In this document: piece by piece, positions 63,065 to 64,000 of the stretch
Numbering within the stretch: the first letter of the stretch is position 1
How the letters are laid out: each line of letters opens with the position of its first letter
Source: Candidatus Aminicenantes bacterium
GTDB taxonomy: Bacteria; Acidobacteriota; Aminicenantia; Aminicenantales; Saccharicenantaceae
NCBI GenBank assembly: GCA_963805045.1
Contig: CAWDTC010000012.1
Span: 64,211 to 128,210 of the forward strand
Length of the DNA stretch: 64,000 nt
Reading direction: 5' to 3'
Program-made: the position numbers and the translations under genes
The notes under the pieces: generated by a model
Database searches by the model: none
What the model was told of the DNA's origin: nothing
The model's input: the letters and a program-made list of their open reading frames with translations, nothing else

Positions 63065-64000
63065 ATGGACACAGGAAATGCAAAGATCCTCGTTGTCGGA
63101 GCCGGTGCCATCGGGGGCATCACGGCGGGCTTTCTGTCGAAGGCCGGCCGGAATGTCGGGGTCGTCGACAAGAATCCGGAGCATCGTCGGCCGGATCCGG
63201 TCAGAGGGGCTGCATGTCTTCGGCGTGAGAGGCGAATACCGCGCTTTGCTTCCCGCCTACGCGGGGGTCGAAGAGGTCCCGGATAAGATCGATTTCGTCC
63301 TCCTGGCGACCAAGGCGACGACCCTGCCCGGAGTCGCGGAGGGCCTGAAACCTATCCTGCACGAAGGGTCACGGGTCGTCTCGCTCCAGAACGGGATCTG
63401 CGAGGAGACAATAGCCCGCGTCCTCGGCGAGGACTCGACCGTGGGCTGCGTCGTCGGCTTGGGAGGGACCATGCACGCGCCCGCAGAGGTGGAGATGACG
63501 GCGAAGGGCGATTTCATCATCGGCCGCCTGGACGGGCGGATCGACGATGGGCTCTGCGCCGTTCAGGAGATCCTGACGAACGTTCAGCCGACGGTCATTT
63601 CCACCAACATCATGGGCCACCTCTACGCCAAGCTCGTCATCAACTCCTGCATCACGACGCTCGGAGCCGTGAGCGGACTTTACCTCGGCAAGATGCTGGC
63701 CTCGAGGAAAGTCCGCGTGATCTTTATCGGCATCATCCGGGAGGCCATGGCCGTCGCCGGCGCCATGGGTCTCAAGGTCGAAAGGGTGGCGCACCTGGAC
63801 TTCAACTCGTTCCTCGCCGGCCGCGGTCTCTTGGGGAACCTAAAACGGCATATCCTGATCCGTCTCATCGGGGTCAAGTATCGTCGACTCAAGTCATCCA
63901 GCCTGCAGTCCCTCGAACGCGGCGAGAGGACCGAGATCGACTACTTCAACGGTTATATCAGCAGGAAGGGCCGGGAGTTCGGCGTCCCGACGCCACTCAA
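63065..64000 (+). CDS. panE: 2-dehydropantoate 2-reductase (ketopantoate reductase, ApbA/PanE family), one frameshift, 3-prime partial at window end
   Basis: KILVVGAGAIGG is the Rossmann motif. After a shift: LLATKATTL, VSLQNGI and SSLQSLERGERTEIDYFNGYI. Confidence 0.75.

Overview
GC-rich bacterial chromosomal segment, roughly two-thirds G+C by eye, with two visibly lower-GC patches. It is densely coded on both strands. I cannot assign a taxon from sequence alone. The gene content (many ECF sigma modules, a sigma-54 system, multihaem cytochromes, GH116/GH38/GH36 hydrolases) would fit an Acidobacteria-like or candidate-phylum soil/sediment organism, but that is only an inference.

Reading from the start, the window contains:
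- NAD salvage (pncB-pncA), a YgiQ radical SAM gene and an MFS transporter.
- ECF sigma / anti-sigma / DUF4097 module 1.
- CDGSH, YceI and ester-cyclase genes.
- A low-GC DUF3800 islet.
- A secreted cyanophycinase coupled to a YfcC transporter, then a GNAT gene.
- GH116, a Mut7-C RNase, an RcnA-like metal transporter, tRNA-Ala(CGC), GH36 and purM.
- ECF module 2 (sigma, anti-sigma, two DUF4097 genes), bracketed by inverted copies of a structured repeat of about 160-170 bp.
- An amidohydrolase, GH38 and a TPR lipoprotein.
- ECF module 3.
- A DsrE-like / DsrC-like / SQR-like sulfur module translationally coupled to two glycosyltransferases.
- A multihaem cytochrome c / cytochrome b pair, tsaD, mtnA, two hypotheticals and a partial panE.

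The most unusual locus spans 38.4-57.2 kb. TolC, an NtrC-type response regulator and a GAF histidine kinase lie on the minus strand. They face a consensus sigma-54 promoter that drives a 14-kb operon on the plus strand. That operon encodes a chimeric adaptor-like/NEW3 membrane protein, one ABC ATPase and eight paralogous ABC-2-type permeases.

Several families of short palindromic (REP/MITE-like) elements are dispersed through the window. One lies in frame inside tsaD and one lies inside the GH38 gene.

Caveat: well over half of the genes need one or more frameshift corrections to be read, and these include essential genes (purM, tsaD). I therefore treat the shifts as probable indel sequencing or assembly errors, not decay. 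The coordinates given for such genes are reconstructed spans.
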